From: a virus
Virus record (IMG/VR): IMGVR_UViG_3300045988_122657
Span: 25,488-89,487 of that record
DNA length: 64,000 bases
Direction: 5' to 3' (one strand)
Notes under the pieces: model-generated
Told to the model about the DNA's origin: nothing
Seen by the model: only the letters and a program-made list of their open reading frames with translations
The model's database searches: none
Program-made: the position numbers and the translations under genes
In this document: positions 20,225 to 29,133 of the stretch, in pieces
Numbering within the stretch: position 1 is the stretch's first letter
How the letters are laid out: each line of letters starts with the position of its first letter

Positions 20225-20552
20225 TTAATTTCTCCTCCACTTTCTTCGTTAAATAATCCAAAATATCTTTATCTGTTTTAAATGCCTGAGTATCTTTCAT
20301 AATCCTCTCAGCACTTAGAATACATTGATTCATCTTTTTAAAATTATCCACTGTAATATGTGAGAAGAATCTGGAATCTTCTTCGACAGAGGCAGGATTC
20401 TCACCTATCTTTGTATAATGAAATTCTTCACAGATCAGTAGCATATCTTTACTACTTGGAAATCCACCAATTCTAAATGAAAAATTAACTACATGTTGAA
20501 TTACTTTTGGATTACATTTACTCTGCCAAAAATCTCCAATATGTACATCCAT
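20214..20552 (-). CDS. hypothetical protein
   Basis: 112-aa ORF in the array. Confidence 0.45.
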   Translation of the reverse strand: MDVHIGDFWQSKCNPKVIQHVVNFSFRIGGFPSSKDMLLICEEFHYTKIGENPASVEEDSRFFSHITVDNFKKMNQCILSAERIMKDTQAFKTDKDILDYLTKKVEEKLNAK

Positions 20553-21094
20553 TATTTTCTTTCTCCTTTCATAACATAGGACTCAATCAATCCTTTCTTT
20601 AGTCGGTCATTCATATCCTGAATGGCTTCATCGATTGTTTTAAATTTACATGAACAAATATGCTCTTTGGTCAAATTAACAAATGAATATGTGCCATCTG
20701 ACTTGTTCCTAAAAATAACAACCACTGATTCTTCTCCATCTGGTTTCTTAACAATAAATCTGAGTGCACCTTTTTGTGTTTCCTTTATATTTTCAAGTAA
20801 AATAGTATAATTGATTTTTAACCAGCTACCATTTGCCCATACTTGTTTAATTTTTTCTTCAGCATTTTGAAGTACACAATGTCTATAATCAATACTCTCG
20901 ATATTATAGACAAGTGATTCAATGGCTTCTTTATCATTTTTTATTGTAATTTGACCATGCGTTCCATTTCTTCCATCTGCAATCGCATCAATAAATTCTT
21001 CTACAGTATATTCTTTATCAAGCACAACATCATATTTAGTATATTTATCGTTATCAGAACGTGGGCGTTTTATTAATTTAAACATCCCTATCAC
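20552..21094 (-). CDS. hypothetical protein
   Basis: 180-aa ORF in the array. Confidence 0.45.
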   Translation of the reverse strand: MIGMFKLIKRPRSDNDKYTKYDVVLDKEYTVEEFIDAIADGRNGTHGQITIKNDKEAIESLVYNIESIDYRHCVLQNAEEKIKQVWANGSWLKINYTILLENIKETQKGALRFIVKKPDGEESVVVIFRNKSDGTYSFVNLTKEHICSCKFKTIDEAIQDMNDRLKKGLIESYVMKGERK

Positions 21095-21347
21095 CTACTT
21101 TCTTATCAAATGTTTCTTGCAAATTTAACCAGAACTGACCATCATCAGCAAACCCATAATGGTCTGCCATTGTTTTCGCAAATTCTTTTGTAACACTTTG
21201 TGATCCGTCAATCAACCCTTGAACATAATCAACATCCATGCCAATTTTACTCGCAAGCTGATAAGGAGTCATCTTGCAAGATTCAACAAATTCTTCTAAG
21301 CATTCGCCAGGATGAAAAGCAATTTCGTCTCCAATCTTTACATACAT
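21078..21347 (-). CDS. HigA-like XRE-family HTH protein (antitoxin-like)
   Basis: 'FHPGECLEEFVESCKMTPYQLASKIGMDVDYVQGLIDGSQSVTKEFAKTMADHYGFADDGQFWLNLQ' matches the HigA-family antidote pattern (hPGe.L.e.....s...LA..lg.....i..i..g.r.it...A..l...fg....fWlnlQ). Confidence 0.6.
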   Translation of the reverse strand: MYVKIGDEIAFHPGECLEEFVESCKMTPYQLASKIGMDVDYVQGLIDGSQSVTKEFAKTMADHYGFADDGQFWLNLQETFDKKVGDRDV

Positions 21348-21349
21348 TT

Positions 21350-22183
21350 TTACACCATTCCTCTCACAATTCGTTCATTTGTTGTCATCAAGAAGTTATT
21401 GATACGATCCCAGTCTGGTTCGTCTGGCAAATCAGTATTCATATAATCATAATCAAATTGATAAAGTAATCCTTCAATAAAAACATCGTATGACTGATTT
21501 GGGAAATATTCTGTATGCTCATTGTGTTTGCCAAATCTATATGTTTTATGCGTACTATTATATCCTTCTTTGATCTTTACAAGATCTTTTCCTATGTCAT
21601 CCATAGATCCTAACATTGTTCCGTTATGCAATAATTCAATGCCCTGCAACAATAATCGAACTGCATGCATCATTGATTTATTAGCGTATCGTTCTGCCTT
21701 TTGCTTTTCTTTCTCTGAATCTTTATTTTTATAATACTTAAAACTCGTTCGAGTCAGACAATCGCATATATATCCTTTATATGCATGATAAACTCTCTTA
21801 GATAAAAACATATCTCTATTTTTGATCAGTTCCATACCAATATCAGATATATATAAATAGCGGTCTGGTGCAAAATATAACAGCTCTAAAAACGTAGGAT
21901 TACCCTTTGCAAGCATATTGATCATCTTAATATGCGAATGTAACACAGTATCAACATCTTTATGATCGTCTGTCTTTTCAAGATTATTTGGATTATTATT
22001 CAACAAAATCTCTCTTTTATCACTAAGGAAAACACCACGTAAATCAATATCAGAATCCTCTGTATTTGTTCCGTAGGCATAACTTCCACCTAGCGTGAGA
22101 AAAGCGATTTTGTGAGGATAATCTCGTAAAAAGTCATACTCTGGAGACGAGTTTATGTAATCTTTTACTTCTTCAATTGTCAT
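21350..22183 (-). CDS. Pol-beta superfamily nucleotidyltransferase (RlaP/YcgL-like)
   Basis: NTase motif 'IAFLTLGGSYAYGTNTEDSDIDLRGVF'. Likely start is MTIEEVK at 22183 with SD AAAGAGGTGA (ORF track start 22273 overlaps the sigma gene). Confidence 0.55.
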   Translation of the reverse strand: MTIEEVKDYINSSPEYDFLRDYPHKIAFLTLGGSYAYGTNTEDSDIDLRGVFLSDKREILLNNNPNNLEKTDDHKDVDTVLHSHIKMINMLAKGNPTFLELLYFAPDRYLYISDIGMELIKNRDMFLSKRVYHAYKGYICDCLTRTSFKYYKNKDSEKEKQKAERYANKSMMHAVRLLLQGIELLHNGTMLGSMDDIGKDLVKIKEGYNSTHKTYRFGKHNEHTEYFPNQSYDVFIEGLLYQFDYDYMNTDLPDEPDWDRINNFLMTTNERIVRGMV

Positions 22184-22196
22184 GATCTCACCTCTT

Positions 22197-22730
22197 TTAT
22201 CCACATAATGCTTTCTTAAACTGTACAATATTTTGACTAACCCACTGATGAGTGATTCCAAGCTGACTTGCAATTTGTCTTTGTGTTAAACCTTTCTGCT
22301 TTAACGTGATAATCTTTTTATTTCTCGGTGCCAATTTATCAAACTCATTTTGAAAATGTACCTTTGTAAGCACCTCATCCTCTACATTATCTTTACTCAT
22401 CAGTGTTGTTCCGATTGTAATATCATCTTCTGGTTCGTATCCTGCCAATGGTGTATCTAACGATTCAGCATTCCTATTCATTTTTTCTGTTAGTCTGTGC
22501 CATTTTGTATAATATTGATTCACTTCTGAACGTAATACCCAGAAGAGATATGTACCAAAAGTTCCTTTAGACTCGTCCCATTTTAATGCTGCTTTACAAA
22601 TTGCCATACGACCAAGATCCATATATGTATCAAAATCTGTAAACTTTGTAAAATATTTTTCATGTAAATGCCAAATCAAAGAGTAATTATCTTCAATCAG
22701 CCTTCGCTGTTCATCATTTAGTTTCTTCAC
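22197..22730 (-). CDS. second sigma-70 family sigma factor
   Basis: Region 2-like 'FDTYMDLGRMAICKAALKWDESKGTFGTYLFWVLRSEVNQYYTKWHR' and region 4 HTH 'IITLKQKGLTQRQIASQLGITHQWVSQNIVQFKKAL'. Confidence 0.65.
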   Translation of the reverse strand: MKKLNDEQRRLIEDNYSLIWHLHEKYFTKFTDFDTYMDLGRMAICKAALKWDESKGTFGTYLFWVLRSEVNQYYTKWHRLTEKMNRNAESLDTPLAGYEPEDDITIGTTLMSKDNVEDEVLTKVHFQNEFDKLAPRNKKIITLKQKGLTQRQIASQLGITHQWVSQNIVQFKKALCG

Positions 22731-23499
22731 ATCTCTTTGCCTCCTGTTCTTTAATGAATTTTTGTACTTCCTCTACATAACTTAATTCAAAATATCTTTC
22801 AATATACCCGCCCATTGGAACTCCAGTATATTTAAAATTAGGAATAGTTTCTTTTAGTTGACCACAAACCTCAGATCTAAATGTGTTTGTATATTTTTTC
22901 AAATCATTCATGGAATATGTTTGTTTAAAATGTGGCATATCAAGAGTGTTAAATAGTCTCCATAAAAAATTACTATTTCTATACTTTGTTAATTTAGCAT
23001 CACGTAATTCATCCATAAAATCTCTCATAAATCGGATTATCTTATCAACATCTTTTGATGCTAATTCAAATACTAAATTTTCTGATTCATCATAATATGT
23101 ATAATCATCATATTTTGTATTTGAATAAATCTTGTATACTTCATTTTTGCCTGATAGATTTGCTGATATATTATCAACATTCAAAACTTTGCCATTTTTC
23201 ATAACTATTTCATCACTACACAATATCGCAGGAGATGTTATAGAAAACTTATCCAATAAAACATATTGATGGCTCAGATTAAAATGTGGATTATGATCGT
23301 CAAAATTACAAAACATCTCCGCTAACTCAATATGATCCTTGTTTCTCAATGAATTAATTTCTGTCCATTCATCACCAAGACAAATACCACGTACTGTTTT
23401 TAAAACCCTTTTTCCATAAATCTCTACATCGGCTTCCCAATCTGGGTCTCTATTTTTACTAAAAGCAAGTTCAAATTCTCTTGTATTTTTCCTTGACAT
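22714..23499 (-). CDS. hypothetical protein
   Basis: 261-aa ORF in the array. Confidence 0.45.
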   Translation of the reverse strand: MSRKNTREFELAFSKNRDPDWEADVEIYGKRVLKTVRGICLGDEWTEINSLRNKDHIELAEMFCNFDDHNPHFNLSHQYVLLDKFSITSPAILCSDEIVMKNGKVLNVDNISANLSGKNEVYKIYSNTKYDDYTYYDESENLVFELASKDVDKIIRFMRDFMDELRDAKLTKYRNSNFLWRLFNTLDMPHFKQTYSMNDLKKYTNTFRSEVCGQLKETIPNFKYTGVPMGGYIERYFELSYVEEVQKFIKEQEAKRCEETK

Positions 23500-23502
23500 A
23501 CA

Positions 23503-24456
23503 TCACACTCCTAACACATACTTATCACTTCTGAACCCAGCTGCATTTGGATGACCACCGCCACCATATTTCACAGCAAGCTCATACACATTTACTTTAT
23601 CCTGTTCTGCGGATCGCAACTGATATTCCCACATACTTCCATTGAACGAAAAACCAATGAACATATCATATTTAGAAGCATCAATAGATTCAAAGAAATC
23701 ATAATTGATTAATGCTCGGTTGATTGCATAGACTTTATGTCCCTCAAATATGGTTTCAAAACCATATGCTCTAAGATATTGTTCTGCATTTGCTGCTAAA
23801 TACTCAATAATTGATAAGCCATCTGCTATCATATCACCAATAATTTTTGCTGCTTCATAAATTCCTTGATCTTTATTTAACGTGTTTAGCAATGGACTTA
23901 ACGCATCAAAATCATACGATTCAAATGCATAGTGAAATGCTTTTACGAATTGTTTTGACGTTTCACCAAAATAAAATGTATCCCACATGGCTGTATATTC
24001 TGCCAGTTTTGGATAATCTGCTTTATATTTATATATATTGAGTAATCTTTTTACATTTTTCTCATCCGTCCTCTCAATTTGCTCCCAATTTTCATCACAC
24101 ATATATTTAAAATATAACCATGTCAAATTCGCTCCTGAAATACCCGCTCCAGTAATTCTGATTCCTTTTACATCACACTTGAAATCTTTATACGCTTCAA
24201 TCGTAGACTGATGATGGTCGATCCAAAATACATTCTTTGTAATACTGAGCAACTGCCACATCTCTTCTGGCTCAATACTGTAGTCTACAATAAACACAAA
24301 TTCATCCTGCTCAATGTCATGAAACGGGAATTTCATGCCGTAATTAATTTTTCGAAAGTCCTCTGGTTCAAATGCTAAACCTCGCTGTTCACAAGCTTTT
24401 CTAACGTAAAAACCAGATACAATTCCGTCTTGATCAACGTGATAAAAACATTTCAT
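23503..24456 (-). CDS. NrnA-like DHH-DHHA1 phosphoesterase (nanoRNase / pAp / cyclic-nucleotide phosphodiesterase family)
   Basis: Motif I 'CFYHVDQDGIVSG', motif III 'WIDHHQS', and DHHA1 'GGGHPNAAGF' at the C-terminus. Confidence 0.6.
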   Translation of the reverse strand: MKCFYHVDQDGIVSGFYVRKACEQRGLAFEPEDFRKINYGMKFPFHDIEQDEFVFIVDYSIEPEEMWQLLSITKNVFWIDHHQSTIEAYKDFKCDVKGIRITGAGISGANLTWLYFKYMCDENWEQIERTDEKNVKRLLNIYKYKADYPKLAEYTAMWDTFYFGETSKQFVKAFHYAFESYDFDALSPLLNTLNKDQGIYEAAKIIGDMIADGLSIIEYLAANAEQYLRAYGFETIFEGHKVYAINRALINYDFFESIDASKYDMFIGFSFNGSMWEYQLRSAEQDKVNVYELAVKYGGGGHPNAAGFRSDKYVLGV

Positions 24457-24855
24457 TTACTTCACCTCCTTTAATTTATTATTAATAAATTTTGCACACT
24501 CTTGCATAGCATTTTTACCACTAAAAACTTTAGCTATTCCATTATCTTTACATAGATTCTCAACAGCTTTAAGATCATGTGCGATCGTATCTCCGTTATA
24601 TAAATTTAAGAATATAGTTTTTTCTGGACGTTTATTTACATCATCTACCAATTCTGCTATAGAATATACTCCTCTAATTCCTTTTGTAATACCATACACG
24701 ACATAGTCTGCTGTTTCTCTTTCATAGACTTCTTTTTGCCTGTCTTTTTCACTCCAACCATGAGTGATTGGATTATAATAATTGCATTCAAGCATTTTCT
24801 GGAATTTATTTCTCCATTTCCATCCAGAAGTTGTACCACCTAAAAATACTTTCAT
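24457..24855 (-). CDS. nucleoside 2-deoxyribosyltransferase-like (Nuc_deoxyri_tr2-type) protein
   Basis: 'MKVFLGGTTSG...ADYVVYGITKGIRGVYSIAELVD' pattern; start codon abuts the stop of the upstream NrnA-like gene. Confidence 0.4.
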   Translation of the reverse strand: MKVFLGGTTSGWKWRNKFQKMLECNYYNPITHGWSEKDRQKEVYERETADYVVYGITKGIRGVYSIAELVDDVNKRPEKTIFLNLYNGDTIAHDLKAVENLCKDNGIAKVFSGKNAMQECAKFINNKLKEVK

Positions 24856-25163
24856 TCTTCTTTCTCCTTTACAATTTTTACTTTATAACCAAGCTCTTTT
24901 TCAATTTCTGCAACCGTCATTTCTTTTGGCGGGGATAAACTCATATTTAAACTATCAATATCAGATTCCATATTCCAAACGCTTCTGTAGATCAATCGTC
25001 CCGTCAAAATACAAATTGCTTTCTTAACTTCGTCTGCCGTCGGTGGATAATGATCTAATGATGAAATAATATGTTTGTAATTTTCTTCATTCAATAAAAC
25101 ACGTTTAGAATCGAGGGATGTATTCTCTTCTTCCCGTGATTCAATATATAAGAAGTGGTTCAT
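24852..25163 (-). CDS. hypothetical protein
   Basis: 103-aa ORF with SD AAGGAGAG. Confidence 0.45.
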   Translation of the reverse strand: MNHFLYIESREEENTSLDSKRVLLNEENYKHIISSLDHYPPTADEVKKAICILTGRLIYRSVWNMESDIDSLNMSLSPPKEMTVAEIEKELGYKVKIVKEKEE

Positions 25164-25164
25164 T

Positions 25165-25330
25165 ATATCTCTCCTTTTTCAATTTCTTCTTTTATAATTC
25201 TATATACAGAAGCCTCATTGGACTCTTTATCATTGATTCCGTTTCTTTCTAATAGCCTGTCCAATTCGTCTGGACTCAACCGATCAAAGAATCGTTTTAT
25301 TTCCTGTTTACGTTCTTGTCTTGTTTTCAT
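25165..25330 (-). CDS. small hypothetical protein (55 aa, below ORF-track cutoff)
   Basis: MKTRQERKQEIKRFFDRLSPDELDRLLERNG...; stop overlaps the downstream ATG (TAATG coupling). Confidence 0.35.
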
Positions 25331-25538
25331 TTTTTTTGTTTAAATTCCTTTAGTTCTGTTATTTTTTATAGTTGCCAAACCCACAAATAACATAAATCCG
25401 ACAAAATAACATAGATTTTAGTGAGTGCTATAACAAACCTCACTTTTGGCGTACTCAAAAACTATTTGAGCAGAATATTTTTATATTCCAAAAACACACC
25501 AAATATTTTAAAATTTTTATTTTGTTTCTTAGCCATAT

Positions 25539-25724
25539 CTACTTCACTACCTTACCATCTGGCATTATAAATTCCCAATACCCATCACTATTTTCAACTT
25601 CTTTTGGTTCTTCTTTATATATTTTCTCCATCAACTTCCGACCTCGCTCAATATCTTCTTTTGTCCAATTTTCTACTTCGTCAATCAAACCTTGCAAAAA
25701 CTTCAATGATTCTTGTTTACTCAT
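25539..25724 (-). CDS. hypothetical protein
   Basis: 61-aa ORF. Confidence 0.4.
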   Translation of the reverse strand: MSKQESLKFLQGLIDEVENWTKEDIERGRKLMEKIYKEEPKEVENSDGYWEFIMPDGKVVK

Positions 25725-25729
25725 GAGTC

Positions 25730-26011
25730 TTATTCCTCACATTTTCTACCATATAGTAAGAATCCAATATCTCGTATTCTACCTATCTTACGATCATCCT
25801 TGTTTTCAAAAAATTCTAAAGAGTAAATATCACGATTAGAGGTATTTACTGGTTTGTCAAATTTAACGGTCATATATCTATACCCATATCTGCGACCAAT
25901 CTCATCTGTTCCGATGCGAGTAATTGTACCTTTGTCGTTATTTTTAACCAAACCTCCTTTAGCCGCTGGCTTCATTCTATAAATATAAACTCTATCTCCG
26001 ATCTTTAGCAT
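25730..26011 (-). CDS. hypothetical protein
   Basis: 93-aa ORF. Confidence 0.45.
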   Translation of the reverse strand: MLKIGDRVYIYRMKPAAKGGLVKNNDKGTITRIGTDEIGRRYGYRYMTVKFDKPVNTSNRDIYSLEFFENKDDRKIGRIRDIGFLLYGRKCEE

Positions 26012-26323
26012 TTACTTACCTTCCATTTCTTCATAAAGCTCTCTAAATTTTCTAAAATCATCTGCACTGCCACCATTATCTGGATGACTTTTCTTCATTG
26101 CATACTTCACTGCGTCCTTAACATCTGAACGAGTTTCTTCCTTATTATATGTATCATTTTCTTTGTTGTTAGCATCAGCCATAAACGACATCTTATCTAA
26201 GATCAAACTTACATTTGCCTGCCTCATCCGATCTAACTTTCTTTCGTATCTCAGAAATACAATCGCTCCAACGATACAAAATCCAATCGCATAGCCAATG
26301 ACAAACTCAATATTTGCTCCCAT
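26012..26323 (-). CDS. membrane-anchored J-domain (DnaJ-like) protein
   Basis: N-terminal TM helix (IGYAIGFCIVGAIVFL) and C-terminal J-domain with HPD motif 'DAVKYAMKKSHPDNGGSADDFRKFRELYEEMEGK'. Confidence 0.55.
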   Translation of the reverse strand: MGANIEFVIGYAIGFCIVGAIVFLRYERKLDRMRQANVSLILDKMSFMADANNKENDTYNKEETRSDVKDAVKYAMKKSHPDNGGSADDFRKFRELYEEMEGK

Positions 26324-26349
26324 GTCTAATCACCTCCCGTAAATAAAAC

Positions 26350-26526
26350 TCAGATTTCACCCTTAGTCGTATATCTTTTCTCACAGCCACATTTCTTACA
26401 CCGATAAACCTTTTCACATTTATAAGGCTTAGTTGATTTCTCACTCCAATATATATCTGAATTAAATATCTGTTCCCAATCATGCTTACAGAAACAAGAT
26501 CTTATATACCAAATTAATCTTCTCAT
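26350..26526 (-). CDS. small Cys-rich zinc-finger-like protein (58 aa, unlisted)
   Basis: MRRLIWYIRSCFCKHDWEQ...KPYKCEKVYRCKKCGCEKRYTTKGEI; SD GAGGTG upstream. Fills an otherwise gene-free gap. Confidence 0.35.
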   Translation of the reverse strand: MRRLIWYIRSCFCKHDWEQIFNSDIYWSEKSTKPYKCEKVYRCKKCGCEKRYTTKGEI

Positions 26527-26541
26527 TTAATATCTTACACC

Positions 26542-26850
26542 TCATATTTCACTCAATAAGTCTTTCACAATTACTCGGTCTGCATCTTTAACCTTTTTTG
26601 ATTTTGTTGTTGCCATGAACTTTAACCACTCTTTTCTCATTTTCTTTTCATCATCATTTAGGTGTTCGATGACAATTAATTGCTTAGAATTAAGTTTGTC
26701 GTGACTAGAAATATAGTTATTCCATCCGTCTATCCAAAACAACTTGTTTGAGATAACTAATGCATATCCCATCAATGTTTCTCCATTTACCATTCTTGAT
26801 CTAAAACACAGATTTCCATTTTCAATGGGATTATTTCTCATATCTTTCAT
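26542..26850 (-). CDS. hypothetical protein
   Basis: 102-aa ORF. Confidence 0.45.
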   Translation of the reverse strand: MKDMRNNPIENGNLCFRSRMVNGETLMGYALVISNKLFWIDGWNNYISSHDKLNSKQLIVIEHLNDDEKKMRKEWLKFMATTKSKKVKDADRVIVKDLLSEI

Positions 26851-27029
26851 TTTTCATCACCCTCTTCTGGTCTTAACATAATGCCAAGACCTGTGCACAT
26901 TCCTGTAAGTTTCTTATCCATTGCCTTAATTCTTTTGTAATTGTAATAGGTCATATATGGTACTCCAATTCCAATTGCTATGATCACCATAAACGCCAAT
27001 ACCCAAATTATGTAAAACAAAACGTCCAT
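26847..27029 (-). CDS. small membrane protein
   Basis: TM segment IIWVLAFMVIIAIGIGVPYM. Confidence 0.4.
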   Translation of the reverse strand: MDVLFYIIWVLAFMVIIAIGIGVPYMTYYNYKRIKAMDKKLTGMCTGLGIMLRPEEGDEK

Positions 27030-27052
27030 TTTATCTTTCTCCTTTTCTACTA

Positions 27053-27373
27053 CTATCTCCTAAAATCGAACCACCATACTGTGTAAAAATTCTTCTGAAA
27101 ATATGTATCGTCTCCATCATCAAGTTCTGTGAAATATTTTCTGCCTCGTTCCTTGACATCGTCTTCATTGAAATAACTATATGCCCATGCAGGAATTGTA
27201 TAAGATTCTTTATCTTCTAAGCAGAGATTCAACAAATCTTTGACCATCATCTGCAATTCTTCTTCATCATATCCCTGTGTCATTACGTCAAAATATGGGA
27301 TATATGCCATATATGGAACTGAGTCATTCTCATCTTTTAGAACTACGACAGGAAATGTTAGATTATAATTCAT
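27053..27373 (-). CDS. hypothetical protein
   Basis: 106-aa ORF. Confidence 0.45.
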   Translation of the reverse strand: MNYNLTFPVVVLKDENDSVPYMAYIPYFDVMTQGYDEEELQMMVKDLLNLCLEDKESYTIPAWAYSYFNEDDVKERGRKYFTELDDGDDTYFQKNFYTVWWFDFRR

Positions 27374-27473
27374 ATCAGCCTTACTCCCTTGAACTATAAA
27401 TATTATTTTTTCTTCATCGGTTGTATCGTCAGTAAGTGCAAATAGCGAAACATCTCTAAGTGCGTATCTAATA

Positions 27474-27692
27474 TTATTTACCCTCTTCCTTCTTATGTTT
27501 TTTCTTTTTATATGGTATACAATAATCAGAAGATACCCATACCCAACTATTTTTTATATAGATTAAAAAATCTGCACCCTTTTCATAGTAATAACCTTGT
27601 GTGTATGGGCTAGGGCTTACCCCATACACTTTGTATGGCTTACCTTTATATAAAACTTTCATACTATTCATCCACCTCACAATCAACATCAA
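27474..27692 (-). CDS. hypothetical protein
   Basis: 72-aa ORF. Confidence 0.35.
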   Translation of the reverse strand: MMLIVRWMNSMKVLYKGKPYKVYGVSPSPYTQGYYYEKGADFLIYIKNSWVWVSSDYCIPYKKKKHKKEEGK

Positions 27693-28197
27693 ATAGATAT
27701 TTTATGATGCGTTTTGCTCCAACCTTGTTGGCGGCATCCTCAGCGATTTCTTTAGAAGAAAAATATACCTCATTTAGGCGTCTAAGTTGTACGGCAGGGA
27801 TTTTTGCCAAATCATCCTCAGTCACATCATATCCAATATAATAATGAAAATTCGCTCCATCCCATTCTTTTTGATCAGGATCATTATGTTCATCAGCATA
27901 TATTTGCAATTCAACCCTAACCTTCTGCTTTTCAATAGCAAACTCTGTATCCTTTTCAGTCTTAAATACATTACCTAAAGCTAATCTTCTAAAATCTGAT
28001 GCTCTACCTTGCCATTTTGCCATACAGATATGCCCATCATCAGTGATGAAATAATACGTATCCCCATTCTTTAAACCACATGAATTAGCTTTTTCTTCTT
28101 TTTCTGATCTTTCACAAAATTGCTCAAATAATGATTTGAATAAATTCTGTTGTGCTTCAGATAATTTTGAAATATCAATTGTCTTTTCTGTACCCAT
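27664..28197 (-). CDS. hypothetical protein (tandem paralog A)
   Basis: N-terminus 'KTIDISKLSEAQQNLFKSLFEQFCER' and internal 'LGNVFKTEKDTEFAIEKQKVRVELQIYADEHN' align with the neighbouring gene. Confidence 0.5.
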   Translation of the reverse strand: MGTEKTIDISKLSEAQQNLFKSLFEQFCERSEKEEKANSCGLKNGDTYYFITDDGHICMAKWQGRASDFRRLALGNVFKTEKDTEFAIEKQKVRVELQIYADEHNDPDQKEWDGANFHYYIGYDVTEDDLAKIPAVQLRRLNEVYFSSKEIAEDAANKVGAKRIIKYLFDVDCEVDE

Positions 28198-28213
28198 TTT
28201 CTTTCACCTCACT

Positions 28214-28726
28214 TTATGCTCCAAAGATGTATTTAATGATTCTGTCTCTTCCGATTGCTTCAATTGCATCAACTAAAACATCTTTTGATGTAAACATAAC
28301 TGTACCCTGTATTTTTGTTGTAGCCCATGTATCGCAAAGAAGTCTTTTTCCGTCTTCTTCACATCGAATACAATAACAACGATTGGCAAATTCTGTGCCA
28401 TTGTGTTCCTTTGCATACCGCTCAAGTTCAACTTCTACTTTTCTTTTCTTTCTTGCAAATACTGCTTCTTCTTGTGTTTTAAATACGTTGCCTAATACCC
28501 ATCTACCGTTATCGACAATGCTATTAAACCATATTGCACTATAAATAGATCCGCTACCATCAATGTAATGATATCTTTCACCGTATTTTGGTTTCCAAAC
28601 TTTAGACCCTGAATTAGTTTTTTCTTTTGGTTTCGCTCTTTCACAACATTTATCAAATAATGCTTTTATTAGATCCTGTTCTGCCTCTGGTAATACTGAA
28701 ATGTCAATTGTTTTTGTTACACTCAT
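28214..28726 (-). CDS. hypothetical protein (tandem paralog B)
   Basis: 'KTIDISVLPEAEQDLIKALFDKCCER ... LGNVFKTQEEAVFARKKRKVEVELERYAKEHN'. Confidence 0.5.
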   Translation of the reverse strand: MSVTKTIDISVLPEAEQDLIKALFDKCCERAKPKEKTNSGSKVWKPKYGERYHYIDGSGSIYSAIWFNSIVDNGRWVLGNVFKTQEEAVFARKKRKVEVELERYAKEHNGTEFANRCYCIRCEEDGKRLLCDTWATTKIQGTVMFTSKDVLVDAIEAIGRDRIIKYIFGA

Positions 28727-29118
28727 TTATTTCCCTCACTTTTAAACTCTTCAATCTCTCTCCACGCCAAAACACTTTCGTCGTTATAGTATAAAATGTT
28801 ACTGTTACGCCTTCTCCATCCATGAGAATCGTGCCATGACCTATGGGTGGATTCACCTTTTATAAAAACCCAAACGTACTTAATATCTTCTGGCAGATCA
28901 TCAGGATTCTTTCTTAAGTCATGCCATCTATACTTTTCTTTATATTCTTTTAGCTCTTTGAGTTCTTCCAACCACTTTGCAAACTGCTCATGGTTTAAGG
29001 CGCAGCCAATAAGTCTGTCAAGTTCTTCATCATCTGGATTCGCATGACACAACATGGCTTCTGTGTATTTCTTTGTTGCCATATCATTTGCGCATTTGAT
29101 AGTTTCTTCTAAATTCAT
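28723..29118 (-). CDS. hypothetical protein
   Basis: 131-aa ORF. Confidence 0.45.
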   Translation of the reverse strand: MNLEETIKCANDMATKKYTEAMLCHANPDDEELDRLIGCALNHEQFAKWLEELKELKEYKEKYRWHDLRKNPDDLPEDIKYVWVFIKGESTHRSWHDSHGWRRRNSNILYYNDESVLAWREIEEFKSEGNK

Positions 29119-29133
29119 TTGTTTCTCACCTCT

